From an uncultured Gammaproteobacteria bacterium (GTDB lineage: Bacteria > Patescibacteriota > Microgenomatia > Levybacterales > GWA1-39-11), in NCBI GenBank assembly GCA_964450885.1, contig CAYVFE010000001.1:374572-438571 (forward strand): 64,000 bases of DNA, written 5' to 3'. The translations under genes were made by a program, and so were the position numbers. Below, piece by piece: positions 37,486 to 47,563 of this stretch. The notes below the pieces were generated by a model. That model was not told the origin of the DNA. It did not search any database and worked only from the letters and a program-made list of their open reading frames with translations. Within the stretch, counting starts at the first letter, position 1, and each line of letters opens with the position of its first letter.

Positions 37486-39180
37486 ATGTTGAAAAAAAAA
37501 GGATTTATTTTTTTAATTTTTATAATTCTGGTTGGACTTGTTCCGCTTCTGGATTTATTTAATAGTGGATTGCCTCTAACTCATGATGGTAAAGACCATG
37601 TAGCAAGAATCGCAAATTTCTACCAGTCTTTAGTAGAGGGTAATATAATTCCCCGTTGGGGCGCTAATTTGAATTGGGGATTCGGGCATCCAGTAATGAT
37701 GTTTCTGTATCCATTTTCTTCTTACGCAGCCTCACTATTCCATTTTCTTGGCTTTACTCTAATCGATTCTCTTAAGATCGTTTTTGGGGTATCATTTGTG
37801 GTTTCAGGTATTGGGATGTATTTGTGGGTCAATAAGCTTTTTGGGAATTATTCCGGTGTGCTTGCAGCAGTTCTTTATATGTTCGCTCCATATAGATTCG
37901 TGAACTTATATGTGAGAGGAGCCATAGGTGAGCATGTGTCATTTACATTTATTCCATTCATACTCTTTTTCATAACTAGAATATTTTTCAACAAGAAAAA
38001 ATCACTGCGGTCAATTCTTCCTGATTTAATATGTGTGTCAGTATTTACAGCTTTCTTGATTCTTTCCCATAACGCACTAAGCATTTTGTTTTTAGTCTTT
38101 GCGGCTTTTTATACACTAGTGCTTTTCTATAGTATTCGTGAGGTAAGAAAATTAATTTTTATATTCATTAGTGTTATTTACGGCTTTTTACTGTCGGCAT
38201 TTTTTTGGCTTCCCGCATATATAGAGGGAAAGTACACTCTTCGTGACATAGTGACTGGAGGTTTTGAGTATGCCGATAGATTTGTTATTAGTCCAGTTGA
38301 ATTCATCATGCCTTCTTGGAGCTATGGCATTACAGGTCAGTTGTCTGTACAGATCGGTATATTACATATATCACTAATTATCATTTCCTTATTTGTGGTT
38401 TTTAAACTATCAAAAAAAGAAAAACTTACGAAAAGCCTTTTCATCTTAACCTTTGCATTCTTTCTTCTTTCTTTATTTATGATGTTGAAACAGTCCGATT
38501 TCATATGGAGTTCCATAAGTACTATTCAGAAATTTCAATTTCCATGGAGATTCCTGTCTTTGACAGTTTTGACTAGCGCTTTTTTGGGCGCGTTTTGCTT
38601 TGCCGTAATTAAAAAAGAAAATAAGAAAATAGTAGGAATAGCTATTGTTTTGCTTCTAACGGCTTTCTTTTATGCTTCTTACTGGAGGGCAAACGATTAT
38701 TTACTAAAGTCAGATGGATTCTTTAAGTCGGTTTATCACGGTACTACAGACACCGGAGAGAGTTCTCCTATCTGGTCAATAAGATTTATGGAAAAAGAGG
38801 CGAGTGGTCCTATTGAGGTAATTTCAGGGAGTGCATTAATTCAAGAAAAATATAGATCGACGACAAGTCATGTGTACACTGTGGACGTACAACAAAGAGC
38901 TAGGATAAAAGAGAACACGCTTTATTTTCCAGGCTGGAATATATATGTTAATGACAAGAAGCTTGATGTGAACTCAGAAATAGAATTTCAAGATCCACAA
39001 AATAGGGGTGTAATGACTTTCTGGTTGGACCCGGGTAAATATAACGTCAGGGTTGAGTTTGAAGAAACACGATTGAGGACAGTTTCTGCTGCAGCGTCTA
39101 TACTATCACTTATTTCTCTTGCATTGCTTACTATATATATGGTTGTGGTTAAGAAAACCAATGAAAAAAATAATTCTTAA
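37486..39180 (+). CDS. PTPS-related/YfhO-like GT-C membrane protein
   Basis: THDG, GNIIPRW..NLNWGFGHP, RGAIGE, SHN, QFPWRFL and YFPGW. Confidence 0.78.
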   Translation: MLKKKGFIFLIFIILVGLVPLLDLFNSGLPLTHDGKDHVARIANFYQSLVEGNIIPRWGANLNWGFGHPVMMFLYPFSSYAASLFHFLGFTLIDSLKIVFGVSFVVSGIGMYLWVNKLFGNYSGVLAAVLYMFAPYRFVNLYVRGAIGEHVSFTFIPFILFFITRIFFNKKKSLRSILPDLICVSVFTAFLILSHNALSILFLVFAAFYTLVLFYSIREVRKLIFIFISVIYGFLLSAFFWLPAYIEGKYTLRDIVTGGFEYADRFVISPVEFIMPSWSYGITGQLSVQIGILHISLIIISLFVVFKLSKKEKLTKSLFILTFAFFLLSLFMMLKQSDFIWSSISTIQKFQFPWRFLSLTVLTSAFLGAFCFAVIKKENKKIVGIAIVLLLTAFFYASYWRANDYLLKSDGFFKSVYHGTTDTGESSPIWSIRFMEKEASGPIEVISGSALIQEKYRSTTSHVYTVDVQQRARIKENTLYFPGWNIYVNDKKLDVNSEIEFQDPQNRGVMTFWLDPGKYNVRVEFEETRLRTVSAAASILSLISLALLTIYMVVVKKTNEKNNS

Positions 39181-41500
39181 ATACTGGCCCACTATCTTTA
39201 TAATGTTATTCTGGGGTCTTTTTTCAGCCCCTTATTTACTGGAAGGTCTTGTTCCTTATCCATCTTTCTTCCAGTCAAATTTCTTTGCGCCATGGAGCGC
39301 TTATTCCACATATGTAGGACCTGTAAAGAACAATGCAATGCCGGACATCATTACACAGATATATCCATGGAGGGACTTTACTATAGACTCATTAAAAAAT
39401 CTACAGATACCATTCTGGAATCCTTATAGCTTTGCAGGAACACCGCATCTGGCAAACTATCAGTCCGCTGTTTTTTTTCCACTAAATATACTTTTCTTTC
39501 TACCGATAGGATTTGTAAATTCTTGGAGTCTTTTGGTTCTACTCCAGCCCCTGCTGGCAGGTCTTGGCATGCTAGTTCTTCTTAGAAATTATAAATTGTC
39601 ACAAATACCTAGCGTTATGGGGGCGGTTTCATTTATGTTCTGTGGATTTATCGTTACATGGATGGGATACGCGACATTGGGGTATGCAATTGTTTTCTTG
39701 CCGTTAGCATTTTTCTTTATAGACAAATTCATGGAGCAGGAAAAAAGTCGGTATGGGGTCATGCTCTCGATTACTTTGGCGCTTTCATTTTTTGCAGGAC
39801 ATTTCCAGACGAGTATTTATCTTCTCATCGCAGTTTTTTCATACGTATTGTTTATTGGAATAAGAAAAAAAGAAAAAAGAAGATTTGTTTATTTAATTAT
39901 ATATTTGGCATCAGGGATATTTATTTCAATGCCTCAGATCCTTCCCTCAATAGAGTTTTATCTTCATTCAGTAAGACAAACGATTGTGACACAGCTCGAG
40001 GTAATACCTATGCAGTATATTCCAACACTATTTGCGCCTGATGTATTTGGAAATCCAGTAACCCGCAATGATTGGTTGGGGCATTATGCTGAGTGGAATG
40101 GTTTTACAGGTACATCAACTCTCATTCTTGCTTTTTTTGCTGCAATTTCTTTGCTAAGGAAGAATAAGAAAGTCTTGTACTTTTCTATCCTTGCGATTTT
40201 CTCTCTACTTGTGGCGTTTGATACTCCAGTTAATGCTCTAATTTTCAAACTAAACCTTCCTCTATTTTCCACAAGTGCATCCAGCAGAATTATAGTGTTG
40301 TTGTCGTTTTCTTTATCTGTTTTAGCAGCATTCGGAGTAGATTATTTGAAAAAGAATATTAAGGAGATATCCTTTAGAAGAGTTTTGCTATTTTTGGGGA
40401 TTGGGTTATTTTTTACGGTTTTATCATGGACAGTGTCTCTTGTAGTTACCGCGGGAGATGTGGAAAAATTTATAATAGCGAGAAACAATCTAATAGTCCC
40501 TACAGGCATATCTTTGGTCGTGTCCGCACTTATACTAGCGCTATATTTTTTCAAAAAAAGAAGAAATCTGATAAGTATAATTTTGCTATTTATGCTTATC
40601 ATAACAGCCTTTGATCTATATAGATTTGCGAATAAATGGATGCCTTTTTCTCCAAAAGAATTTATTTTTAAAGAAACAGGTGTATCAAATTTTTATGAAA
40701 ATAATTTGACTCAAAGCAGATATCTTGGGAATCTATCAGCGGAAAATTCAGTTTATTATAGACTGCAGTCTCTTGGTGGATATGATCCACTATACCCATC
40801 GCGGTATGGGGAATTCGTCAAGTATATAGAGAAAGGAATTAAAGAAGATGGAGACAGGTCTGTGGTTAATTTTCCGTTGCGCGGTGAGCGAGTTGGCAAG
40901 GCTATGGATTTTATTGGTACAGAATTTATACCACAAAAAAGATCAGATGATAGTAAGCCCTGGGCATTTAATTTTGACGCTTTTCCTGTTGAAAAATTTG
41001 AAGTGGTATATGAGGATGATGCGTATAGAATATTTAGGAATAAAGATGCATTTCCGAGAGCATTTGTTGTGGGTTCTTATATTGTTGAGGATAACGACCT
41101 AAAGACGCTTCAGTTGATGTTCGCTGATGACACAAATCTACGCGACAAAGTGTTTCTTGAAAAAAGTCCACAAATCGAAAGCCATGAGCTCAATGTATCT
41201 TCTGCTGAGGTTGTAGCTTATTCACCAAATAGTGTTGAGATAAATGTTAATTCTGAAAATAGAGCAATACTTGTATTGACTGATAATTTTTACCCTGGTT
41301 GGAAAGCTTATATTAATAACGAAAATACAGAAATATTAAGAGCAGATTATACATTTAGAGCTGTTGTTGTGCCAGAAGGAAACTCTATTGTTAGATTTGA
41401 ATATTTGCCTCAATCTTTTATCTATGGGTTATATACTGCTATCTTAGGAAGTACGGTCCTGGTTGTAATGTCATTGGTTTATAATAAAAAAAGAAAATGA
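39161..41500 (+). CDS. YfhO-family GT-C membrane protein
   Basis: DIITQIYPW, PFWNPYSFAGTP, AGHFQ, GGYDPL and DNFYPGWKA...RADYTFRAV. Confidence 0.85.
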   Translation: MKKIILKYWPTIFIMLFWGLFSAPYLLEGLVPYPSFFQSNFFAPWSAYSTYVGPVKNNAMPDIITQIYPWRDFTIDSLKNLQIPFWNPYSFAGTPHLANYQSAVFFPLNILFFLPIGFVNSWSLLVLLQPLLAGLGMLVLLRNYKLSQIPSVMGAVSFMFCGFIVTWMGYATLGYAIVFLPLAFFFIDKFMEQEKSRYGVMLSITLALSFFAGHFQTSIYLLIAVFSYVLFIGIRKKEKRRFVYLIIYLASGIFISMPQILPSIEFYLHSVRQTIVTQLEVIPMQYIPTLFAPDVFGNPVTRNDWLGHYAEWNGFTGTSTLILAFFAAISLLRKNKKVLYFSILAIFSLLVAFDTPVNALIFKLNLPLFSTSASSRIIVLLSFSLSVLAAFGVDYLKKNIKEISFRRVLLFLGIGLFFTVLSWTVSLVVTAGDVEKFIIARNNLIVPTGISLVVSALILALYFFKKRRNLISIILLFMLIITAFDLYRFANKWMPFSPKEFIFKETGVSNFYENNLTQSRYLGNLSAENSVYYRLQSLGGYDPLYPSRYGEFVKYIEKGIKEDGDRSVVNFPLRGERVGKAMDFIGTEFIPQKRSDDSKPWAFNFDAFPVEKFEVVYEDDAYRIFRNKDAFPRAFVVGSYIVEDNDLKTLQLMFADDTNLRDKVFLEKSPQIESHELNVSSAEVVAYSPNSVEINVNSENRAILVLTDNFYPGWKAYINNENTEILRADYTFRAVVVPEGNSIVRFEYLPQSFIYGLYTAILGSTVLVVMSLVYNKKRK

Positions 41501-42240
41501 AAAAAATAGATGTGCTTATTTTGACTAACAACGAAGAAGACGTAATTGAAAATGCTATAAAAAGCGTAAAAGGTTGGGCGGAGAATATCATAGTAGTTGA
41601 TGCTGGATCCACAGATAACACAAAAAAAATTTGCGAAAAGAATAAAGTGAGATTTATTACCCATAGCTTTACCGACTTTTCGGCTCAAAGAAATTTTGCG
41701 ATTGATCAAGCTAAATCTGAATGGGTGTTTTATCTAGACGCTGATGAAAGAGCTACTCAAGCATTTATAGAAGAAGTGAAGATGCGGATAGAGGATACTG
41801 ATAAGTCTGCATTTATCATAAAAAGGAAGACTTATTATTTCGGTAAAGACTGGGGGATGGAGGACAAAGTCACGAGAATATTTAAAAAAGATAAATTTGA
41901 TAAATGGACAGGTGTAGTTCATGAGACAGCACACGTAAATGGCGATTCTGGGCGAATAGATTCACCCATATTGCACTATACGCATCGCAATATCGAACAA
42001 ATGGTTACAAAGACAAATAACTGGTCGGAATATGAGGCGAAACTCAGATTTGATGCAGATCATCCAAAAATGCGTGAGTGGAGATTTATGCGGGTGATGG
42101 TATCTGAGTTTATGCGAAGCTACTTTAAAGATAAAGGATACAAAAATGGTACCTACGGAGTTGTAGAAGCTTTATATCAGGCATATTCGATTTTTATAAC
42201 CTACGCAAAGTTGTGGGAGTTGCAGACCAGAAAAGACTAG
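41497..42240 (+). CDS. GT2 glycosyltransferase (WaaE/LgtF-like)
   Basis: NEE, DAGSTD, DFSAQRN, YLDADER and VHE. Confidence 0.9.
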   Translation: MKKIDVLILTNNEEDVIENAIKSVKGWAENIIVVDAGSTDNTKKICEKNKVRFITHSFTDFSAQRNFAIDQAKSEWVFYLDADERATQAFIEEVKMRIEDTDKSAFIIKRKTYYFGKDWGMEDKVTRIFKKDKFDKWTGVVHETAHVNGDSGRIDSPILHYTHRNIEQMVTKTNNWSEYEAKLRFDADHPKMREWRFMRVMVSEFMRSYFKDKGYKNGTYGVVEALYQAYSIFITYAKLWELQTRKD

Positions 42241-42482
42241 CCCTTTCTAAATATCTTTTTCCAGGATTTAATTTCTTTGAGTGTAAGTCTTTTTTTAGAA
42301 AATCTGAATAAATAGACCAATTCGAGTATTCCGACAGTATTTATTATAAGCATCACAATGAACCAATTTTGCTGCTTTTGATTTGCAGACTTCCACAACG
42401 CTATGCCTTTGATCAATGTTGACCAGATAGTTATTACCGTAATTATTATAAAATCTATGTTTTGATCTCCCGTAAGGCCCAT
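42237..42482 (-). CDS. Small membrane protein (DUF5652-like)
   Basis: WSTLIKGIALWKSA...QNWFIVMLIINTVGILELVY. Confidence 0.75.
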   Translation of the reverse strand: MGLTGDQNIDFIIITVITIWSTLIKGIALWKSANQKQQNWFIVMLIINTVGILELVYLFRFSKKRLTLKEIKSWKKIFRKG

Positions 42483-42545
42483 TAAATCAATTTAACATAG
42501 CTTTCTATAATTATCAATTGTTGGTACAATTAGCTTATAACTAGA

Positions 42546-43604
42546 ATGAAAATTGGGATATATTCACCATACTTAGATACTCTGACGGGGGGAGAGCTCT
42601 ATATTTTTACGATAGCAGAAGTCTTGTCGAAGAATCATGATGTGTTCTTGTTTTGGGACAAAAAAGAGATAGTAGATAAGGCAGAAAAAAGATTTAATCT
42701 AGATCTATCAAAAGTGAACATTCTAGAAAATATATTTTCTAGAAGATATGGTTTTTTTGATCGGATAAAATCATCAAGTAGTTTTGATCGTATTATTTAC
42801 CTTTCAGACGGGAGTTTGCCTTTTGTTGGTTTAAATAAGTTAATAGTGCATTTCCAATTCCCAATACTTAAAAAAAATGTTTCTCTTTCCGAAAGAAAAA
42901 AGATACTTTTCGTAAAAAGTGTTATTTGTAACTCTGAATTTACAAAAAAATATATAGATAAAGCATATGGTGTTAAAAGCCAGATACTCTATCCACCTGC
43001 ACAGAAAATTGGGCCGAGTAGGGATGCGAAAGAAAATATTATCTTAACTGTGGGCAGGTACCAGCCGTATGGTGATGGATCGGACTATAAAAAATTAAGC
43101 TTTATGATAGAAGCATTTAAAAAAATACATAAGAAAAATCCAAAGTGGAAGATGCTCATTATAACTAGCGTTAAAGACGCGGATGGTAAAGCATTCAAGA
43201 AAGAAATAGAAAATAAAGTTGATAAATCAATAGAAATAGTAAAGAATGCTGGATTTGATATTATTCAAAATGCATACAAAAAATCCAAGATCTATTGGCA
43301 TGCATCGGGATTTGGAGAGGACTTGGGAACTCATCCAGAAAGAGCAGAGCATTTTGGTATGTCTACCGTTGAGGCGATGTCTGCAGGTTGTATACCTGTT
43401 GTAATTAACGCAGGAGGCCAGAGCGAGATAGTTAGTGACGGTGAAAGCGGATTCTTGTGGGATAAGGAGGATGAGTTGTTGAACCTTACCCAGCAAATGA
43501 TTGACAGTAAGGATTTTAAAGTATTGTCAGAAAGGGTAAGGAAAGCGTCTGAGAGATTCGGTAAAGATAGATTTGCAGACGAGCTAGATAAGCTGATCAG
43601 ATGA
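42546..43604 (+). CDS. GT4 glycosyltransferase
   Basis: GGELY, NSEFT, LYPP and EHFGMSTVEAMSAG. Confidence 0.92.
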   Translation: MKIGIYSPYLDTLTGGELYIFTIAEVLSKNHDVFLFWDKKEIVDKAEKRFNLDLSKVNILENIFSRRYGFFDRIKSSSSFDRIIYLSDGSLPFVGLNKLIVHFQFPILKKNVSLSERKKILFVKSVICNSEFTKKYIDKAYGVKSQILYPPAQKIGPSRDAKENIILTVGRYQPYGDGSDYKKLSFMIEAFKKIHKKNPKWKMLIITSVKDADGKAFKKEIENKVDKSIEIVKNAGFDIIQNAYKKSKIYWHASGFGEDLGTHPERAEHFGMSTVEAMSAGCIPVVINAGGQSEIVSDGESGFLWDKEDELLNLTQQMIDSKDFKVLSERVRKASERFGKDRFADELDKLIR

Positions 43605-45892
43605 TGGAATTTATAAGAAAAAATATACACATATTGTTTGGAGTGTTCTTTGTATCTATTTTTTTTCATAAGTTTTTTATTCAGGGATTACTTCCGATAC
43701 CAACAGATACGATAGTTGGTCTATATCATCCATACCGAGATTTTTACAGCTCGGAATATCCCAGAGGCATTCCCTTTAAGAACATGCAGATCAGCGATCC
43801 TGTAAGGCAGCAATACTTATGGAAAGAGCTTGCAGTCTCCCAAATGAAACAAGGGGAATTGCCTTTATGGAATCCATATAACTTTTCTGGATATCCTCTT
43901 ATGGCAAATTTCCAGACCGCAGCTTTTTACCCCCTAAATTTTTTAATGTTTATTACTTCGTTTGAATATGGTTGGTCGCTTCTTATATTCTCTCAAATCT
44001 TGCTCGCGTTTCTTTTTATGTACTTATACCTAACAAATCTAAAAGTTAGCAGAATAGGGTCACTTATAGGATCATTGTCATTCGCGTTTTGCGGATTCTT
44101 TGTGTCATGGCTTGAGTGGGGAAATATAGTAAGTACAGGTTTATGGCTACCTTTAATTTTGCTTTCTATAGATAAATTTTCATCAAAAAACGCTAATTTC
44201 ACATTAAAGAAAAAACTTATTTGGCCGACTGTTTTGTTTTTTGCATTTATCTGTTCATTTTTTGCCGGGCATCTGCAAACATTTTTGTATCTTTCGCTGA
44301 TATCTTTTGGTTACGCAGCAATGCAATTTGTAAGCGTCAGGCTTAAAATCAAACAGATCCTTTTGCTAATACTTTATGGTTTAATTTTTCTTATAGTAAC
44401 AGCTATTCAATGGGTGCCTACACTGCAGTTGATTAGTCTATCCGCAAGAGAAGTGGATCAGGTTGCAACGAACATTCCAGGGTGGTTTATCCCATGGCAG
44501 AACTTAACACAATTTATCGCGCCGGATTTTTTTGGGAATCCGGCGACTCTCAACTATTGGGGCGTTTGGAATTATGGTGAATTTGTAGGCTACATAGGTC
44601 TTTTACCATTGATTTTGGCCCTAGGCGTAATGGTCTTCAAACGCGATAAATTTACAAATTTCTTTGGTAGTGTACTCATTGTAGCTATGATCTGTGCATA
44701 TCCATCTATTATCTCCAAAATACCATTTATTCTCGAGATCCCTTTTATCTCTACATCTCAGCCTACCAGGCTCTTGTATGTGGTAGACTTGTCGCTTGCT
44801 GTGCTTGCTGCTTTTGGATTCGATTACTTTATGAAACATAGAAAGAGAATAGTTTTTCCTGTGATTGTGATTGGAGGTATTCTGAGTGCGCTTTGGGCAT
44901 ACGTCTACTTTAATGACTTGTTGCCCACAAGGCTTTTGACAGAATCTGGAAATATAGCTGTTACAAAGAGTAACCTGAGACTTCCTACGCTAATCTTTGG
45001 GATGACAGCAGTCTTATTGGTGGGAAAAGCTTTACTGCCAAAGAAATTTATTAAAGGTCGTTCTGGTAGCATTGTCATGGTTTTGGTTTTATCATTATTT
45101 TTAATAGATATTTTTAGGTTTGCAGATAAATATACGGTATTCTCTAGAAAAGAGTATTTATATCCGGAAACTAAATCATTGGAATATCTTTCAAATCAGG
45201 AAGGACATTTTCGCATAATGGAAACTGATTCTAGGCTTTTGCCACCTAATTTTTCGATAAAATATGGCATTCAAAGCGTAGATGGATATGATCCATTATA
45301 TCTTCTAAGGTATGGAGAGCTCGCAGCCGCGGTTGGACGCAGCGATCCTGATATCAATCCACCATTCGGATTTAATCGCATAATAACCCCACAAAATTAT
45401 CACGATAAAATAATCAATATTTTCAATGTGGAATACATCCTTTCTCTTACGGAACTGGATAATACAGACTATGAAAAAGTATTTGAGGAAAATGAGACCA
45501 GAGTTTACAGAAATAACGGACTTATAGAAAGGGCATTCTTTGCAGGTGCAACTTATGGAGCAAAAGATAAGTATGATGCTATTGGGAAGTTATTTGAGCA
45601 CGAAGATAACCTAGATCTTGACGTTATAGTTGAGGGTGCCAATTACCAAAGATTTGATAAAATGTGGTCAACGGGTAGTGTTGAGATTACTAAGTATTCT
45701 GCTAATGAAGTTAGACTGAGCGTAGATAATGACGAAGAAGGATTTTTGGTTCTCACAGACACGTACTATCCCACATGGAAAGCCGAGGTCGATGGTGTTC
45801 CCACAGAGATATTTATAGCAAACTATAATTTTCGAGGAGTAATTGTGCCAGCAGGATCTAAAGAAGTAATATTTACAAATCATATATTCTAA
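43601..45892 (+). CDS. YfhO-family GT-C membrane protein
   Basis: DPVRQQYLW, PLWNPYNFSGYP, AGHLQ, DGYDPL and DTYYPTWKA..DG...ANYNFRGV. Confidence 0.85.
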   Translation: MMEFIRKNIHILFGVFFVSIFFHKFFIQGLLPIPTDTIVGLYHPYRDFYSSEYPRGIPFKNMQISDPVRQQYLWKELAVSQMKQGELPLWNPYNFSGYPLMANFQTAAFYPLNFLMFITSFEYGWSLLIFSQILLAFLFMYLYLTNLKVSRIGSLIGSLSFAFCGFFVSWLEWGNIVSTGLWLPLILLSIDKFSSKNANFTLKKKLIWPTVLFFAFICSFFAGHLQTFLYLSLISFGYAAMQFVSVRLKIKQILLLILYGLIFLIVTAIQWVPTLQLISLSAREVDQVATNIPGWFIPWQNLTQFIAPDFFGNPATLNYWGVWNYGEFVGYIGLLPLILALGVMVFKRDKFTNFFGSVLIVAMICAYPSIISKIPFILEIPFISTSQPTRLLYVVDLSLAVLAAFGFDYFMKHRKRIVFPVIVIGGILSALWAYVYFNDLLPTRLLTESGNIAVTKSNLRLPTLIFGMTAVLLVGKALLPKKFIKGRSGSIVMVLVLSLFLIDIFRFADKYTVFSRKEYLYPETKSLEYLSNQEGHFRIMETDSRLLPPNFSIKYGIQSVDGYDPLYLLRYGELAAAVGRSDPDINPPFGFNRIITPQNYHDKIINIFNVEYILSLTELDNTDYEKVFEENETRVYRNNGLIERAFFAGATYGAKDKYDAIGKLFEHEDNLDLDVIVEGANYQRFDKMWSTGSVEITKYSANEVRLSVDNDEEGFLVLTDTYYPTWKAEVDGVPTEIFIANYNFRGVIVPAGSKEVIFTNHIF

Positions 45893-46827
45893 TGAAAATA
45901 GATGTAGTAATACCTAACTATAATGGGGCAAAACTGATAAAGAAGAATCTGCCTGACGTTATTAAGTCATTTGGAGAAGGTTTGAAAGTATCTATAATCA
46001 TTGTCGACGATGGATCAAGAGAAGATGATGTATTAGAACTCCGAAAAACTCTCGATGCGATTAACATGAGCTCTAAGATTCCAGTTGTTCTAATAGAAAA
46101 AGAAAAGAATTCAGGATTTTCTTCGGCAGTCAATATGGGGGTTAAGAACTGTAAATCTGATCTGGTTGTGCTACTTAATTCCGATGCGGTTCCCTATAAA
46201 AATTTTATGGATCCTGTGCTTGATGATTTTGAAAGAGATCATCTGCTTTTTGGTGTAGGATGCATGGATGTAAGTATAGAAGGCAGCAAATCTGTTAAAA
46301 GAGGTAGAGGCATTGCCTATTGGAAGAAGGGACTACTGAGACATAAAAGAGGAGAAATTGATAAAAAAGATACTTTTTGGATATCTGGCGGGAGCAGCGT
46401 TGTTAGGCGAGATATATTCAACAAACTTGGCGGCTTTGACGAATTATACAACCCTTTTTATTGGGAGGATATAGATCTTTCTTATAGAGCACAAAAGGGG
46501 GGATATAAAATTATCTTTGAGGGCCGAAGCCTAGTTGAGCATAGACATGATGAAGGTGCAATCAAATCAAACTTCAAAAAGAACAAGATAATTACGACAG
46601 TATATAGAAATCAATTTATTTTTCATTGGAAAAATATAACTGATAAAAAACTGCTTTTCTCTCATTTTTTTTGGTTGCCCTTTCATTTGGCAAACGCATT
46701 TGTGCATACGGATAATAATTTGACTGGTGGTTTTTTTCTTGCTTTAAAAAGACTCCCTGATATAATTAAAAGTCGCAATATTGCCAAGAAAATGTTTGTT
46801 CTGAGCGACAGGGAAATTATAAAATAA
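45892..46827 (+). CDS. GT2 glycosyltransferase
   Basis: IPNYNG, DDGS, NSGFS, LLNSD and GGFDE...YWEDIDLSYR. Confidence 0.9.
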   Translation: MKIDVVIPNYNGAKLIKKNLPDVIKSFGEGLKVSIIIVDDGSREDDVLELRKTLDAINMSSKIPVVLIEKEKNSGFSSAVNMGVKNCKSDLVVLLNSDAVPYKNFMDPVLDDFERDHLLFGVGCMDVSIEGSKSVKRGRGIAYWKKGLLRHKRGEIDKKDTFWISGGSSVVRRDIFNKLGGFDELYNPFYWEDIDLSYRAQKGGYKIIFEGRSLVEHRHDEGAIKSNFKKNKIITTVYRNQFIFHWKNITDKKLLFSHFFWLPFHLANAFVHTDNNLTGGFFLALKRLPDIIKSRNIAKKMFVLSDREIIK

Positions 46828-47534
46828 TGAAGCTATCAATACTGATCCCTGCCTACAATGAGCAGAATACTATTGAATCAGTACTTAACTCCTTAAATAA
46901 GCTCAAATTAGAGAAGGTAACAAAAGAAATAATAGTAATTGATGACGGTTCAACCGATGATACGCCCGGTATTTTATCTAGGCAAAGCAAAAGATTCGTT
47001 AAGGTTTTCACCCATAAGAAAAATAAAGGGAAAGGAGCTGCTATTCAGACCGGTATAAAGAAGGCAAGCGGCGATATTATTCTGATTCAGGATGCTGATT
47101 TGGAGTATAGTCCAAGAGATATTCCACGTTTGATTCGTCCGATTATCGATAGGCAGTTTGAGGTAGTGTATGGAACGCGGCTCAACATGAGGCCTGTTAT
47201 ATTCGGTAAAAAAAGAACACCATTTTTATTTCACTTTTTTGGCAATAAGCTATTGAGTTTGATTACTACTTTTCTTTATGGAGCCACTATTACAGATATG
47301 GAAACAGGGTACAAGGTATTTACAAGAAAGGCTCTAAGCGGAATTAGGCTCAATGCTAAATCGTTTGACTTCGAGCCAGAAATAACAGCAAAAATTCTAA
47401 AAAAGAGGATAAAAATACTAGAGATAGATATAAAGACTAATCCCAGAGGATATGATGAAGGAAAAAAAATCAGACCTATACAGGATGGGTTAATGGCACT
47501 TTGGACCTTGATAAAATACAGATTTGTGGACTAA
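46827..47534 (+). CDS. GT2 polyprenol-phosphate sugar synthase-like (DPM1-like)
   Basis: IPAYNE, DDGSTD, GKGAA, QDADLEY, DMETGYK, FEPEITAK and GKKI...DG. Confidence 0.9.
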   Translation: MKLSILIPAYNEQNTIESVLNSLNKLKLEKVTKEIIVIDDGSTDDTPGILSRQSKRFVKVFTHKKNKGKGAAIQTGIKKASGDIILIQDADLEYSPRDIPRLIRPIIDRQFEVVYGTRLNMRPVIFGKKRTPFLFHFFGNKLLSLITTFLYGATITDMETGYKVFTRKALSGIRLNAKSFDFEPEITAKILKKRIKILEIDIKTNPRGYDEGKKIRPIQDGLMALWTLIKYRFVD

Positions 47535-47563
47535 TAAGAATATTCTGGATAGAATAATAATTA

